A stretch of DNA of 63,976 nt, the filler included, from Lama guanicoe (Eukaryota), in the NCBI GenBank assembly GCA_013239625.1. It is 101 parts of 101 records of this genome, joined end to end, with 100 filler letters (N's around TTAATTAATTAA, not from the genome) between each part and the next. Parts side by side here need not be neighbours in the genome. Positions count along the whole stretch, not along the records: positions 62,430 to 62,779 come from PNXV01027045.1; positions 62,880 to 63,186 come from PNXV01027046.1; positions 63,287 to 63,976 come from PNXV01027048.1; 98 more parts are not named here. One strand, given 5' to 3'. The notes beneath the pieces are model-generated. The model had not been told where the DNA came from and made no database searches. It saw nothing but the letters and a program-made list of their open reading frames with translations. Below are positions 62,561-63,976 of the stretch, in pieces (positions within the stretch are counted from its first letter, which is position 1; each line of letters begins with the position of its first letter). Position numbers and translations under genes: made by a program.

Positions 62561-63286
62561 GGAGGTGGGGGTCTCAGATTGGGGGTGGTTATAACAGGAG
62601 GCACCTCTGGGCATGGTCCCGGGGTGCAGCTCTAGCGGGAGGACCAGAAGTGGGAAGGCGGTCCCTCCCCCCCCGGCCTCTCAGCCATCAGCCCCCCTAG
62701 AAGTGGAAGGAGGCTTGGATCCCCAGGGAGGTAACTGGCTGTACACATGGTTGAGGCCAGGGATGTAACAGTTTGCTTANNNNNNNNNNNNNNNNNNNNN
62801 NNNNNNNNNNNNNNNNNNNNNNNTTAATTAATTAANNNNNNNNNNNNNNNNNNNNNNNNNNNNNNNNNNNNNNNNNNNNTTCCCTTTCAAATAATCAAAA
62901 TGCGATTTCAAGTGAAAACAAAAGAAAAACTCACGAGCCCCCGCTTAAGCCACGTGGGCAGGCACGCAAAGCCAGCTTTCCTGTGGCTTCATTGACAGGG
63001 AACACCCAGGAGAGGTAAAGACACCCAGAGGGGAAGAGGACTCGAGGCTGTCAGGGGCTCGGGGGTGAGGGCGTGGGGGGCAGTGCGTGTTGTGGATCCA
63101 AGTTTTTACATGGAAGAAAGGAATGGTGTGAGCCTGCATGGCAGTGATGCTCGCACGGCACCGTGAAGGCACCTAGTGCTCCTGAANNNNNNNNNNNNNN
63201 NNNNNNNNNNNNNNNNNNNNNNNNNNNNNNTTAATTAATTAANNNNNNNNNNNNNNNNNNNNNNNNNNNNNNNNNNNNNNNNNNNN

Positions 63287-63593
63287 CCAGTCAGAATACA
63301 GGCTCCTTTTATGCAAAACAAAACAAAACAAAAAGTAAAAACAGGGGAAGGGGTGTGGTTGGTTGTTGCAAACTTCTTGGTGTAGGAATTCTTTGTTCCT
63401 GCAGCTGTCCACGTGGGCCAGCTCATGGTGTTCCTGCAAAACCTCCAACCAAACAAATGTTATTCTCTGTTCTGCAACTTGTTATCTTTACGTGAGTGCA
63501 GAGTTAGCAAGGCTAAGCCTAGAAAACAGGGCACAGGATTAAAGCCAAAGAAACAGATCTAACATGGAAGCAGATTCATTCTTTTCTGTTACA
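63287..63593 (-). mobile_element. ERV LTR, 5' portion
   Basis: Minus strand starts TGTAACAGAAAAG at 63593; shares gttgcaaacttcttggtgt and ctccttttat with 56316-56761. Confidence 0.78.
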
Positions 63594-63976
63594 TTAGAAG
63601 CAGCAGCCAGCTTTCTATGTGCTGAAGTGTTAATAGAAGGCAAGATAAAACTGCTTCCCCTTTTTGAGGTGCTTGTCTGAGAAAGGAAGAGAGCTATAAA
63701 GCAGTTCCGAGTTAGAGAAGAAGAAGGGATGAGCTTTGTTCCAATAGATATCTTTCCCTGAAAAACTGTTAGTTGAGGGTGTTAGGCTGATGTCCTCTGA
63801 TAGCATAATTAAAAGAGAGGAGAGCTGTGAAGTCAGTAGCATGTATAGATGAAAGTAAAGTATTGATACATTTGACCGAGATCACATTTTAAGTCAAATA
63901 ATAAAAAATAAATACATTTTAAAGTAGAATCACAAGAGAAAAACTGCTAAAAGTTTTCATCCCTTATAAAAACAAA

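Noticed and set aside
649..63286. CRISPR-like or integron-like array (constant palindromic repeat separating unique spacers)
   Set aside because: The repeat sits between fixed N-runs and is a six-frame-stop assembly linker; the inserts are mammalian fragments and there are no cas or integrase genes
1688..63456. ORFs ending in XXXX..N or XXXX..LIN
   Set aside because: They run into the N-linker and stop at its TTAATTAATTAA

Overview
This window is not one contiguous locus. It is a pseudo-scaffold of about 101 short, unrelated contigs (about 200-1000 bp each), joined by an identical artificial 100-bp linker: N44 + TTAATTAATTAA + N44, which puts stop codons in all six frames. The DNA is mammalian (LINE-1, MIR, MaLR/ERV LTRs, processed pseudogenes). 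A tRNA-Ala(AGC)-derived SINE and a 267-bp satellite point to a camelid such as alpaca; this is an inference from recalled repeat families. About 37 contigs (roughly 20 kb, a little over a third of the non-linker bases) are satellite DNA of four kinds: (A) an AT-rich satellite built from variant heptamers, with higher-order units of 28/63/105/147/161/182 bp; (B) a homogeneous CpG-rich ~267-bp satellite; (D) a diverged ~265-268-bp relative of B; and (C) a ~249-bp satellite. Recognisable gene-derived pieces are an intact Ig-domain exon resembling HMCN2, a decayed intron-retaining copy of the first coding exon of TRAPPC9, RPLP1 and EEF1A1 pseudogene fragments, and two CpG-island promoter/first-exon fragments. 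Nearly all ORFs in the supplied track are artefacts of repeats or of the N-linker. I found no support for a new multi-gene system, and adjacency across linkers carries no biological meaning. The best leads are satellite architecture (heptamer higher-order repeats, a satellite-B insert inside satellite A, B/D ancestry), an unidentified ~200-bp repeat shared by two contigs, and the TRAPPC9 duplicate. Satellite strands are given relative to an arbitrary consensus orientation.
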